Assembly (NCBI GenBank): GCA_043797665.1
Contig: JAZDPL010000012.1
Span: forward strand, 1-41,190
Source: Candidatus Omnitrophota bacterium
Lineage (GTDB): Bacteria > Ratteibacteria > UBA8468 > MWAK01
Reading direction: 5' to 3'
DNA: 41,190 nucleotides
The position numbers were made by a program, and so were the translations under genes. The notes below the pieces were generated by a model, which made no database searches, was not told the DNA's origin, and saw nothing but the letters and a program-made list of their open reading frames with translations. Shown here piece by piece: positions 16,070 to 26,189 of this stretch (position 1 is its first letter; every line of letters starts with the position of its first letter).

Positions 16070-18472
16070 TCAATTTTTCTTTCGTACAAGAATGGCCAGA
16101 TAATCGCCTGGCATTCGAATTTCCGTCAAGACCTGTTTGCCATTACGCAATTCACGAATATTGGGGTTTTTTACGCGGTTACCCTGACCATCAAAAACAT
16201 ACACCTCGGCTTGGCTGTCATCACCCCACCCAAACTGGCCGGAACGGTTAGTCAGTATTCGTTCTTCTCCGATAACTACGCCTGCCCGCAGTTCAATTGG
16301 GGTGATCGGAAACGTATGGTCATTCCACTCACCTGATCGAGTAAAAGCAATCCCGGCGACATCAAGGCTTTCCCTTAAGTGGTCATATCCAGGACGACCG
16401 GTGAAATACCCTGCCCAAGCCAATGGAGTACCTAAATGTTGAAGGATAATAGCGGAACGCCCCATGCCGTCTTCAACAAAACATTGGATATCCCAATTCA
16501 ACATGGTTCGACTAGTAATATTGCCATTGGCAATTACCGTCTTTTCTTTGGACTTCAGGTATTCCATCAGGGATGCCAGCCATGGTTGAATCAACAGAGG
16601 AGGGCTGCTTTGTTTGCGCGTGACCGCATGCGATACCGGATTAATGATAACCGTACATCCATCCCATATGGTATCACCATCACCAGGAACAAGAAAAGCG
16701 TGGTTGATTTCATCTATGTAGATATTGGCGTCAAGGTTTTCGACAAGATATTTGTAAACCTCCATCATCGCCTTGCCGTAGGAATTTTCGAGAGTCGGCA
16801 TAAACGTACCCGGTTCAGGCACGTAAACCGAATGAATGGGGTTGCCCTCCGCATTCAGGGCCACACTGTCCTGATACTTTTGTTCGTATCCTACCTCGGT
16901 GCACAAATTTTTATGTGTGTAAGCAAAAACTTTGACTGTTGGATCAACTTTTTTCATTTCCTGCACCAGTTTTCGCGTGTTATCAAGCCACGCTTTGGCG
17001 TCAAGAATAGCAGTGCCGTGTTTGTGGGCCGGCATCTCTTTGGTAGCGGTTGCCATCGATATATTTGGGTTCACCGCGACATGAGTTATAACCATTTTTA
17101 CCGAGTTATTCATCTGATCTAGCCATTCCCGCAAATCATCCGCCTTCAAGTTTGGAGCGGTAATGTAACTGAAAATATCGGCGGGCGGGAAAATCAACGG
17201 TCCCTGCAGAGTAAAATTACTCCCCCAATTACGCCGAATGGCATTGATAAAATCCCAGTAGTCGCCTTTCGGAGCCATATAAATGCTCCACTCCAGTGTG
17301 TGAGCTTTACCGGGGGCAATTCCCAGCGAAGGGTCAGACAGTCCAATGTAGCCGGTTTCCTCAAATAATTTGCCGTGATATCGGAAGATATCATCTTCGG
17401 CTACCAAACCGATTGCCAGGTTTTTAAACTGCGCCATCGCTGTCGGGTGGGCTGCGTTGCTGCGTTGTTTCATACCGGTGAATCCGCCAAGGAGCGTTTT
17501 TTCTGGTTCTTCTTCCGGCAGTTTCAGCCTGTTTTCAAATATAACGCCCACTAATTCCTGTCCGGTGTTGCACACGGTGTCAGCCACTGAAATATGGTCA
17601 CTATGGAGTGTGACCTTGCGTTCAACCGTATAATCAAGCCCTTCCCATTTCGCGATAATAGATTTCCCGCGTTCTATCTGGCTCCAGACATCTTCCATAT
17701 TGCTGTCATCACTCCATTCGCCATTAGGTAAACTGGTGCGCGAACTGACATCAAAGTTGCGTACACCAACCTTGAATCTAATGTTCCCGTTCTGTGATAC
17801 ATTAATTTTCATCGGTGTTTCCGCGCGTTTTTCCGGTACATAAACCGGTAGCCGGCCGGTCGGGGCGGGCTGTGTTGATGCATCAATATTAAGAGAGGGA
17901 ATCGGATCGCCAATTTCAACACCAACATCACGAAATCTCAGCGAAAACGACAAACCAGAGTCGTTTCTTATCTGCACAGAGTTGATCCCAACGCGAACAA
18001 GTGAAGTTATATCCCACACAAAATGGAAAGGGTCTTGATCGGGCTCACCAAGACCATATATATAGTTCTCATCCGTTTTGAGTCGGTCGGAAAAATCAGG
18101 TGCATACATCAGTCTATAGCCAGCCCCGTCTTTTGCTGCCCAGTCCAGTTCGCTGCCCTCCCGCATGGTGAATCTCAACGGTTTGTTCAAAAGATTCCGC
18201 CCGACTACCCCTTGTTCATTGACAAAGACGGACATAGCCCCTGTGTTGCCACCCAGTCCTTCCCATTCAATCCTCGCGTCCAGATACAGGCGGGTCTGTT
18301 TCCCTTTGGGAATTTCCTTCAAATCAAATTGAAATTCGGTATTTTTCCCCTTCTCGACTTGTCGGTCATCCGCCAACTTAATAATCTCTTGTGCATGAGA
18401 AACCAGCGAAACACCCATCAAGCTTGCCATGAAACCCACCAGGCATACAAACTTAATTATCATTTTCCCCAT
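16070..18472 (-). CDS. Secreted hypothetical protein, possibly glycoside hydrolase-like
   Basis: 800-aa ORF with signal peptide (..LVSHA/Q), a beta-rich N-terminal half and a TIM-barrel-like C-terminal half with NIYIDE; family not certain. Confidence 0.75.
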   Translation of the reverse strand: MGKMIIKFVCLVGFMASLMGVSLVSHAQEIIKLADDRQVEKGKNTEFQFDLKEIPKGKQTRLYLDARIEWEGLGGNTGAMSVFVNEQGVVGRNLLNKPLRFTMREGSELDWAAKDGAGYRLMYAPDFSDRLKTDENYIYGLGEPDQDPFHFVWDITSLVRVGINSVQIRNDSGLSFSLRFRDVGVEIGDPIPSLNIDASTQPAPTGRLPVYVPEKRAETPMKINVSQNGNIRFKVGVRNFDVSSRTSLPNGEWSDDSNMEDVWSQIERGKSIIAKWEGLDYTVERKVTLHSDHISVADTVCNTGQELVGVIFENRLKLPEEEPEKTLLGGFTGMKQRSNAAHPTAMAQFKNLAIGLVAEDDIFRYHGKLFEETGYIGLSDPSLGIAPGKAHTLEWSIYMAPKGDYWDFINAIRRNWGSNFTLQGPLIFPPADIFSYITAPNLKADDLREWLDQMNNSVKMVITHVAVNPNISMATATKEMPAHKHGTAILDAKAWLDNTRKLVQEMKKVDPTVKVFAYTHKNLCTEVGYEQKYQDSVALNAEGNPIHSVYVPEPGTFMPTLENSYGKAMMEVYKYLVENLDANIYIDEINHAFLVPGDGDTIWDGCTVIINPVSHAVTRKQSSPPLLIQPWLASLMEYLKSKEKTVIANGNITSRTMLNWDIQCFVEDGMGRSAIILQHLGTPLAWAGYFTGRPGYDHLRESLDVAGIAFTRSGEWNDHTFPITPIELRAGVVIGEERILTNRSGQFGWGDDSQAEVYVFDGQGNRVKNPNIRELRNGKQVLTEIRMPGDYLAILVRKKN

Positions 18473-18695
18473 TCTATTCTCCTGTCAGTTGGAATTAAGT
18501 TTTTAAATTTCAAATACCCTATAGGGTAATCTCATAAAAATCACCCTTTTTCGAAAAAAGCATTGCGTCGTCGATTCCGGATCGAGGTCTGGAATGACAT
18601 CCGGACGTTTGTAACAGTTCTCCGCCATAAACCGTAGGCAGACAGGGATTTATCTAACGTCTTTTTGTGCCATAGCTGTCGCGCTGTTGTTTGCC

Positions 18696-21683
18696 CTACC
18701 GCGAGACCATAATCATGCGATATCCCTGTTTCGGCACTTCAATTTGTACTGCGCCCTTTATCACATTCAGTGGCTGCTCATCCGGCCAGTTCACGACTTT
18801 GTTCAGTGGCAGGCCGATCCGTTTAGCGTTGATCCACACCTTGCCCTGTTGGTCCTTTGGTTTTTTGCTCAGGTTGGCGACGATGAGTAAGGCGCGACCG
18901 TCGGCCCGCTTGTAAGCGCTGATATAAACGTTTTCCATGTCCGTGGTGGCGGGCGGCGTGGGATCAAAGTACGGGATGAAATCCGAGTCCACGTAACCGA
19001 ACTTATCCAGGGAACGATAGGCCTCGTTGATCACCTTCCCGTTGGCCCAAAGCAGCCAGAGACTGACATCGTGGACCATCAGCAGGCCCATCATTTCCCT
19101 CGTCGGCTCCACCGCGTTACACATCTCCGGGTTGCGGAACTCAGGGAGGAAGACAGGCATTAATCCCCATTGCCGGCCCATGTACTCCGCCCGGAACATA
19201 TCCAGCGTCAGCACTTCCATATAGGAGCTGTTCGTGAGTAAAGATGCGAGATGTTCGCCGTCTAGATACGCGTCTTCGTAAGCCAGGACGGGAATCGTCA
19301 TTTTGCCAGACATGTGGGCCATGCTGAAAGTTTCACGCGGCAATGACTTGAGCACCGCGTAGTTGCGGCGGTAAAGATCGCGATAGCCGAGGATGGGGTA
19401 TGTGCGGTAACGCACCCCGTCTCGTTCGTAGCCCACCCCAGACTCCATGCGGTTAGACTGGTATGGGTGGGTCTGGTCGTGATAGACTCCGTCAAGGTTA
19501 TAGCGTTCAATGAATTCCTTGGTCTTCCAAATAACGAAATCCGAGAAGCCCTTGCCTACCGGCGAGACCATGTACCAGGGCTTAAAGTTACCCCCACTTA
19601 CGTATGGGTCGTTGGCCCCCATGTCCCATTTCTTGCGGAAGTAGTCCGTCTCTGGCATGCCCTCAGTGAGAAAGGTCAACCCCACATAGGGAACGGATTT
19701 CTCACCCCTATCATGGAACCCATTGACGTACTCCGTGTAAACCTGTGAATCAGCGGCCTCTGGATAGCCGAAGGCCCGCAGAGAGGAGGGGCTGTTGGGC
19801 GCGGGCCACAAGATACTCACGGTTTTTTTGTAGCCTTCCAAGCGCCACTTGCGCCAGTCTCTTGGGATCGGCTTCACCGGCGTGGCATGCAGGCCGAAGA
19901 TGAATTTCCAGCTTGGCGGAAGTTTCTGGCCGAGGGACAGAATGTTGAGCCGGAGGGCTACTTCTTGCCCCGAACGTACAATCTCAACGGCGTTTTCGGC
20001 CGTACGGTTCGGCCACATCTCGTCGGTCTCGCAGAACCAGAAGATGCCCCGGTCATTGTCTCCCAGCCAGGCGAAGGGCAACCAGGGGGTTTTCTCCACT
20101 ACTCCTTCTCCTTCGGGCACGTTCCCCGAAGGCGGGAGATGTTCCTGTTCATTTGACTGGTATCGGTGACGATAGAGGGCGTGTTCGGCTTTGACGGGAA
20201 TTTCCATGCTGAGACTATCGAAAGGCATTTTGTCCGGCTGCTGGTCAGCCGTAATCTCGAACAAAGCAAGCCCGTCATATTCCATGGTGACGCGAGTACT
20301 GAACTTCGCAGTGCCGGCCACGAACCGACTCGATACCTTGACTCGTGTCGGCGAGGAACTGTCCAGATGGGGCTTGTCCATGTTCAAGAAAAGCTGTTTG
20401 CCATCAAGAGTAGCACGGAAGAAGACTGGACGGGTGAGCATATCCTTGCCGGCAGAAGCGATCTGCGTCGGTAATGCCCCGTCGCCGAAGCGGTATTTTC
20501 GTCCCCAGCAACTCACCGCGGTTCCCTGTACCTTCATTGGCGTCCATGGTGGCAGTACCTTGTCCTCCAACCCCAGTTTGTTGCCCAGCCATTCAGTCGT
20601 TGGAATGGTCATATCTGTGTGGAGTTCGAAGAGTTCCTTGCCGTCCAGCAACAGGCGGGCAATTACCGCGTATTCGCCAGGTGAGGGTACCGGTAAAACG
20701 CCAGTACCGAGACCATTGGAAAAAGTCAGCGAGGTTGCGTTGTCCGGCAACGTCTGCCCCTTTGGGACAATGGCGTACTTGATCTGCAGACGATCATCTT
20801 CAATGTTGGCTGCGCCGATGTCAATGCACACCAACACCGTCTTCGCGTCGGGGTTAATCTGGAAGTCGAGTCGGCTTGTCTCGATGGCCAGAGGAAGGGT
20901 GAAGTTGTAGTCGCCGGCATAGTGGGCGGCTATGTGGGCCGAGCTCAGCGCGCGATCATATATCCGCACATTATCGATCAGTGTACTGGTGATGCGTTTT
21001 GTGTGCCAAGGATGGTCTCCGATGCGAAAAGGAAGAAGGTCTCCTCTCGGCAGGTCGACTCGGGTAGGAGGAATCCCGGGAAACGACTTGCCGTTTACGT
21101 AAACCAGCACGCCTTGCGGCGACCAGGTGCCGGCGATGTGGTACCATTGTCCCGACACCCAATTCATGTCCATCCGGCTGAACTGCAGGGGGTAGATAGG
21201 GGCGTGAGAAACCGCCTCCGGTCCCCCTTGGTACGACATAGCCTGCATCAACAGCTGAGACATGACCGAGTACTTGTACAGGTACAGGGCGCCCTGGCCG
21301 CGCGCTTCGAAAAAGACGTGATGAAAATCACTATCGTTGAAACCGGAACTCCAGTCTACAGGCGAAGCCCACATTTCTACGGTCCCGCTCTGGGTGTTCA
21401 AGATGCCCTGGCTGGGGTACTCCACGTAGCCGGTGGTCGGTCCCGACTTAAGTGCCTGGCCGAACTTGCCCGGAGCCAGGATAGGATTTCCGACCAGCGT
21501 ACCGGAGACAGGGTGGCCATTATGCCCGATACCATTGAAGTCCTGGTCGTAGTTGATAGTGAGGACAGGCTGGACGACGGTTCCTTTTTCAGTCGCCCAG
21601 ACGTTCTGAACCAATCCGGTAAAAACCAGTTCAACTATCAAAATCAAAATGTCACGGTAATTCATCCTCAAAAATGATATCAA
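18696..21683 (-). CDS. Secreted LamG/ConA-domain protein with GH123-like (DUF6067-type) catalytic region
   Basis: Signal peptide; LamG motifs [21 protein letters not shown] and [12 protein letters not shown]; then [26 protein letters not shown] and LDGVYHD. Confidence 0.8.
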   Translation of the reverse strand: MISFLRMNYRDILILIVELVFTGLVQNVWATEKGTVVQPVLTINYDQDFNGIGHNGHPVSGTLVGNPILAPGKFGQALKSGPTTGYVEYPSQGILNTQSGTVEMWASPVDWSSGFNDSDFHHVFFEARGQGALYLYKYSVMSQLLMQAMSYQGGPEAVSHAPIYPLQFSRMDMNWVSGQWYHIAGTWSPQGVLVYVNGKSFPGIPPTRVDLPRGDLLPFRIGDHPWHTKRITSTLIDNVRIYDRALSSAHIAAHYAGDYNFTLPLAIETSRLDFQINPDAKTVLVCIDIGAANIEDDRLQIKYAIVPKGQTLPDNATSLTFSNGLGTGVLPVPSPGEYAVIARLLLDGKELFELHTDMTIPTTEWLGNKLGLEDKVLPPWTPMKVQGTAVSCWGRKYRFGDGALPTQIASAGKDMLTRPVFFRATLDGKQLFLNMDKPHLDSSSPTRVKVSSRFVAGTAKFSTRVTMEYDGLALFEITADQQPDKMPFDSLSMEIPVKAEHALYRHRYQSNEQEHLPPSGNVPEGEGVVEKTPWLPFAWLGDNDRGIFWFCETDEMWPNRTAENAVEIVRSGQEVALRLNILSLGQKLPPSWKFIFGLHATPVKPIPRDWRKWRLEGYKKTVSILWPAPNSPSSLRAFGYPEAADSQVYTEYVNGFHDRGEKSVPYVGLTFLTEGMPETDYFRKKWDMGANDPYVSGGNFKPWYMVSPVGKGFSDFVIWKTKEFIERYNLDGVYHDQTHPYQSNRMESGVGYERDGVRYRTYPILGYRDLYRRNYAVLKSLPRETFSMAHMSGKMTIPVLAYEDAYLDGEHLASLLTNSSYMEVLTLDMFRAEYMGRQWGLMPVFLPEFRNPEMCNAVEPTREMMGLLMVHDVSLWLLWANGKVINEAYRSLDKFGYVDSDFIPYFDPTPPATTDMENVYISAYKRADGRALLIVANLSKKPKDQQGKVWINAKRIGLPLNKVVNWPDEQPLNVIKGAVQIEVPKQGYRMIMVSR

Positions 21684-22321
21684 TAAGAAATCCAGAAAAT
21701 GTCACCACCAGGAGGATTCCAATTTGTCGGCCAAGCTTTCCCCCACTCTACATGACTATCAGCAAAGAGAACATTACACCCGCCACTATGTACGTCGTTC
21801 AAACGTCCGACGTAAATGTTTCCTGGGAGGTAATCATCCGGCATCGCATAATAATAGCCATATGTTGCATCAGCAACTAGAAGAAATCCACCCGGGTTTG
21901 CTATTTTAAGCATTTGAAAGCACTTTCTACCGTTGAAGAAAGAAGCCTCCGTCCCATTAAATCCATATCCTCCTCCTTGAGCGGAAGGACATTTCCAAAC
22001 TTGACTGTTTTCCGGCAGATATGCTGTTGACATTCCCCATGTTCCAGATAATACCGCCTGCCATGTGTTCTCCCCATCAAAGGTCGTCATTAGCCACCCG
22101 TCATTGTCGTCCGCATATAACATTGAAGCCAATCCGATCTGCTTCAGGTTGCTTATACACTTTGCGGTTCTTGCTTTCTCCCTTGCCTGGCTCAACGCCG
22201 GCAGGAGCATCGCCGCCAGGATGGCGATGATGGCGATGACGACCAAAAGTTCTATCAACGTAAACGCGACGCAAGACTTAATTTCCCCTATTACTCTCTT
22301 TATCTCTTGTCGTGCAGACAC
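21680..22321 (-). CDS. Prepilin-type N-terminal cleavage/methylation protein, DUF1559 / H-X9-DG family
   Basis: [33 protein letters not shown]...[16 protein letters not shown] and [14 protein letters not shown]. Confidence 0.93.
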   Translation of the reverse strand: MSARQEIKRVIGEIKSCVAFTLIELLVVIAIIAILAAMLLPALSQAREKARTAKCISNLKQIGLASMLYADDNDGWLMTTFDGENTWQAVLSGTWGMSTAYLPENSQVWKCPSAQGGGYGFNGTEASFFNGRKCFQMLKIANPGGFLLVADATYGYYYAMPDDYLPGNIYVGRLNDVHSGGCNVLFADSHVEWGKAWPTNWNPPGGDIFWISY

Positions 22322-23306
22322 TGTAACCTCCTTGGGCAGTACTAAGAACCATTAGCTGGCGAAAAAATGGTTGGGGAATTAAACCTTCCTTGGTAATCGG
22401 TACATCCCAGGTGACCACGCCGCCAAAGGAGTTTATGTGCCTGGTCGCCCCAATCACGAACTCATCCGGAAACCTGGGTTGCCCCAAACACCACCCTTCG
22501 CCAAGATAACTGAGGATATGGTACTGGGCACCATTCACCCATCTGCTTAGCGACTGATAGGAAGTATTAGCGGGAAAAGCCTCACTTATTTCACCGGCGG
22601 TATAGTCTTCAAACTCGGTGTGCGAAATAACCGGTACCTTTACCCCGGGATTAAACGCGACAATGGCATCCGGATTGCCAGCCTTGAGTGCGGAAGCAAA
22701 ACTCTGGAAGTTCGGCGGGTCAGGGTGCCGGTACATCTCATCCGCAAAGTAACATCCGTCAATCCACCAGCCAGATACTTTCTTGCCCCAGCGTAGTGAC
22801 CATTCTTTTATAATCGCCTCCCATTTAACCTGAAACTCTGCTAAACGTTTCCCGATCCTTTTGGTACCTCCACCGGTGTTTTCATACCCCCACTCCCATT
22901 CAAGACGAGAGACCGCTATCGCATCGTTGCATGGTGCACCAGCGGGCATATAGACCAGAAGTCTTATTCCTCTCTTTTGAAGTTCGTCCGCAAGGTCGCT
23001 TATCAAATCCCGCCGGGAGCACTTGCTGGGTTTGATGCCCACAAAGGAATCGTAGGTAGCGTTCGGAGAACAATAATGACCTGAGTTCTGACCGAGGGCG
23101 AGCCAAAAGTATCTGGTACCGATTGATTCTAACTGTTGAATCAGTCCGGTAAGGTTAAATGCGTCAACCCGGCGGTTCCAGTCATCTGCGGAGAGTTCTT
23201 GACCGATAGGGTCACCTGTTCCCCCCGGCAATCCTGCAAGATAGTGACAAGCTACTCCCCAACCAGCATCCTTAAACCATTTCGTATCTGCTCGCACGTT
23301 CTTCAT
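22278..23306 (-). CDS. GH29-like (alpha-L-fucosidase-type) glycoside hydrolase
   Basis: [38 protein letters not shown] and NPDAIVAFN. Confidence 0.75.
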   Translation of the reverse strand: MKNVRADTKWFKDAGWGVACHYLAGLPGGTGDPIGQELSADDWNRRVDAFNLTGLIQQLESIGTRYFWLALGQNSGHYCSPNATYDSFVGIKPSKCSRRDLISDLADELQKRGIRLLVYMPAGAPCNDAIAVSRLEWEWGYENTGGGTKRIGKRLAEFQVKWEAIIKEWSLRWGKKVSGWWIDGCYFADEMYRHPDPPNFQSFASALKAGNPDAIVAFNPGVKVPVISHTEFEDYTAGEISEAFPANTSYQSLSRWVNGAQYHILSYLGEGWCLGQPRFPDEFVIGATRHINSFGGVVTWDVPITKEGLIPQPFFRQLMVLSTAQGGYSVCTTRDKESNRGN

Positions 23307-23372
23307 TCTATCCTCCTTTTCCGACCTACTTCTTTTTCCGATAATATGTATGGTTCTAAAACATCGGGTGAA

Positions 23373-26141
23373 TCAACGATCCCCGACCGCGAACCGCCCG
23401 CCGTTGATCGGCACGGCCGCCACCCGCAATGGGCGTTTAAACTTCCGGTCATTCACCCGCAAAACCAACTTCCGGCTCTCACCGCCCAACAGCGTGAAGT
23501 AATTATCGCTCCAGTCACACTCCGACGGACGGACACTACGGCAACGCATCGCGACGAACAGGGCCGGCACGCGGCCGTGATTGAACACTCTGATCCGCAG
23601 TCGCGTCCCGTTTTCAGGCGCGCCGTCATCCAACCCGACCATCTCCACACGCAGGCGCGCCGCCGGAGCGTTCAACAAGGACTGCAAGGGCGGCGCACCC
23701 GGCGCGGCGCCGGTCACGCCAAACACATAGGTATGTCCGGCCAGCGGTCGACCACTCGCATCCGTCAGGCTGACTTGCGCCAGGATGACCTCTCCGGCCA
23801 GATGCATGGGGACACGGAACTCGCCGCACCCCACACTGACCGCGCCCCGCCGCCCGCACTCAAAACCGTCGTTTGTCACCGGCAGTCGGATTCTCCAACC
23901 TTCCGTATGCAACACGTCACCAGCCAGCGTCGAATAATCCACTCGGACCCGGGCGCCGGTACGGACCGTCTCCGTGTCGTTCACCACCCATAACTGCAGG
24001 CGCAACGGCGCGCCGGACTTGACATGCAGGGCATCGTATTCCGCGCTTACGTCCAGCGGCGCATAAGCGCGCCGTACAAAGTGGTAAGCCATCTTGGGTG
24101 TGCCGTCGTGTTCCACGATACAGCCGTGCGCCGCGTTCGGCCAGGGTTCGTTATACGACCAGATCGTGCAGGCGCTGCGCGACCATTCCCGGCGACGGTG
24201 CGACTGACAGGCATAGCGCAGGCCTTCGGCCTGAAGGAACTGACTGCACCACACCTCAGTCTCCAAATTCGGCAACGGGCCGAACAGGGACCGGTAATAG
24301 TCCGGTGCCAGCCAGTTTCCGACACCAAACGAATCGAAAGCGTGGTGGTATTTCCAGTACGGGTCCTTGTCCCGTATCGGCCAGAGATGCTTCCGCGGCA
24401 TGATCCGCCGCAACGTCGCCGGACGAGCCGCGCCCGCCGCGCCGAATTCCGTCCATTCCGCCGGCGCCACCGGCCCGATAGTGTCCGGCAGGCCGGTGTT
24501 GTATAGCCGGTAATGCGCGCCCGGATTGAACTCGTGCGGGGCATGCCGCTGGATTGTGCAGACCGGATCCGGCCCGAAGAACGGACGCGTCGGATCGAGT
24601 TTCCGGCAGACCCGCCGGGTCAGCCGGAACTGGCGGCTATCGCGTTCCGTGATATAGAGTTCATTACCGAACCCGTAGCGCACCACGCAGGGGTGATTGG
24701 CGACGAGCGGGATGACCTCGCCCAGCTCCCGCTCCATGACCTTCAACGAAGCCGCATCCTCAGGTGGCCGACAGCCCCCGTTGGGAAATTCCTGGAACAC
24801 CAAAATGCCGTATTGGTCGCACAGGTCATAAAATTCCGGCTTCTCGATCAAACCTCCGCCCCATATACGGAACAGGGTAAAATTCGCCTCGGCCGCCTGG
24901 CGGATCAGACGATCATAGTCCGCGCGCCGCACCCGGCCGTAGAGCAGATCTACCGGAACCCAGTTGCCGCCCTTGCCGAATACCGACCGGCCGTTGATCA
25001 CCATCCGGCAGGGTGTCAGTTTTTTTCCGGTCAGTTTGACCTTGCGCATGGGCAGACACTCTTTACCGGTGAGAGGTACATAATGCGACCGATCCGGCGG
25101 CCGGGGTGCCCTGGTCTCCATCGCGTGTGTATTGCTTGCCATGACCGGATTATCCGCTATCCGCAGATCCCTGATGCCGAAGGACGAGCCCATCGCGTTC
25201 ATCTCCTCGCCGGTATCCGGATCCAGGGCGGTGACCTCGAGCCGATACAAGTGCTGCGGACCGTACCCGTTGGGCCACCAGAGCCGGGGCTCGGCAAGAG
25301 ACAGCCTCGTCTTGATTTCCATATCCCCTTTCCGGCAACGTGCGAGTAATTCTTTTTGTGCGCCCGGTGCCCGGGGGTCGGCGTCGCACGTCACCGAAAA
25401 CCGCAAGCGGACCGGCCGCGAGGCGACGCTGTTCAACCTGACGCGGACCGCGAGGTCGGCGCGGCGATACGGCGGCAAGAGCACGGGCAACACCATGAGC
25501 CGGGAAAGATACACGTCACGGCAGACGAAGAGCGTCACGTCCTGCCAGAGGCCCAGAGTATAGATCGGAATGCCAAAATCCCAACCGGTGTTGGTGGACG
25601 ATTTCCAGTGCGTGTGGTCCATCAGCCGGGTTTCATGGGCGTAATGATGCGGCCAGCCGGTGCCATGCTGGGCAAAGAGTTTTTCTAAGTGCGCGCGCGG
25701 GCCCGGCTCGAGCCGGATTGCCAGCCGGTTTTCGGCGCCCGTCCGCAACGCGGCGGTGACATCGAACAAAAACGGCGTAAACGCCCCCTCGTGCCGGCCA
25801 AGTTCCCGGCCGTTCAGCCAGACCCGAGCCGCGTAATCCACGCCGGAGAATTTCAGCAGGCTTCGCATCCCCCGCCAGGCCACGGGCGTACGGAACGATT
25901 TGACATACCACCATTCCAGGGTTGGAACCGTCTTCGCCCGGCGTCCGTTCATGCCCCGATACAGGTCCGGAAGCCGTCCGGCGCGCTGGAGATCGTCATG
26001 TACATCGCCCGGCACCCGAGCGAGAATGCCCCGGTAGCGGAGGATGTCCGTCTTCTGCAGATGTCGACACAACCCCTCGCCAGGTACCAACCCCACGAGC
26101 CGCCAGTTCGATCCGTTCAGGGATATAACATCTTGATTCAT
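23373..26141 (-). CDS. GH2 family beta-mannosidase-like glycoside hydrolase
   Basis: VPGDVHDDL, FSGVDY.A.VWLNG, LWWPNGYGPQHLY, KGGNWVP, FRIWGGG, FYDLCDQYGILVFQEF, GNE and TEFG. Confidence 0.92.
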   Translation of the reverse strand: MNQDVISLNGSNWRLVGLVPGEGLCRHLQKTDILRYRGILARVPGDVHDDLQRAGRLPDLYRGMNGRRAKTVPTLEWWYVKSFRTPVAWRGMRSLLKFSGVDYAARVWLNGRELGRHEGAFTPFLFDVTAALRTGAENRLAIRLEPGPRAHLEKLFAQHGTGWPHHYAHETRLMDHTHWKSSTNTGWDFGIPIYTLGLWQDVTLFVCRDVYLSRLMVLPVLLPPYRRADLAVRVRLNSVASRPVRLRFSVTCDADPRAPGAQKELLARCRKGDMEIKTRLSLAEPRLWWPNGYGPQHLYRLEVTALDPDTGEEMNAMGSSFGIRDLRIADNPVMASNTHAMETRAPRPPDRSHYVPLTGKECLPMRKVKLTGKKLTPCRMVINGRSVFGKGGNWVPVDLLYGRVRRADYDRLIRQAAEANFTLFRIWGGGLIEKPEFYDLCDQYGILVFQEFPNGGCRPPEDAASLKVMERELGEVIPLVANHPCVVRYGFGNELYITERDSRQFRLTRRVCRKLDPTRPFFGPDPVCTIQRHAPHEFNPGAHYRLYNTGLPDTIGPVAPAEWTEFGAAGAARPATLRRIMPRKHLWPIRDKDPYWKYHHAFDSFGVGNWLAPDYYRSLFGPLPNLETEVWCSQFLQAEGLRYACQSHRRREWSRSACTIWSYNEPWPNAAHGCIVEHDGTPKMAYHFVRRAYAPLDVSAEYDALHVKSGAPLRLQLWVVNDTETVRTGARVRVDYSTLAGDVLHTEGWRIRLPVTNDGFECGRRGAVSVGCGEFRVPMHLAGEVILAQVSLTDASGRPLAGHTYVFGVTGAAPGAPPLQSLLNAPAARLRVEMVGLDDGAPENGTRLRIRVFNHGRVPALFVAMRCRSVRPSECDWSDNYFTLLGGESRKLVLRVNDRKFKRPLRVAAVPINGGRFAVGDR

Positions 26142-26189
26142 TTTATCCCACTACGTCAATACATACCGTAGAGCAAATACATCTCTCTC

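Noticed and set aside
23136..26171. Long plus-strand ORFs (e.g. 285 aa, 278 aa) opposite GH2
   Set aside because: Shadow ORFs expected in GC-rich coding DNA; no motifs.
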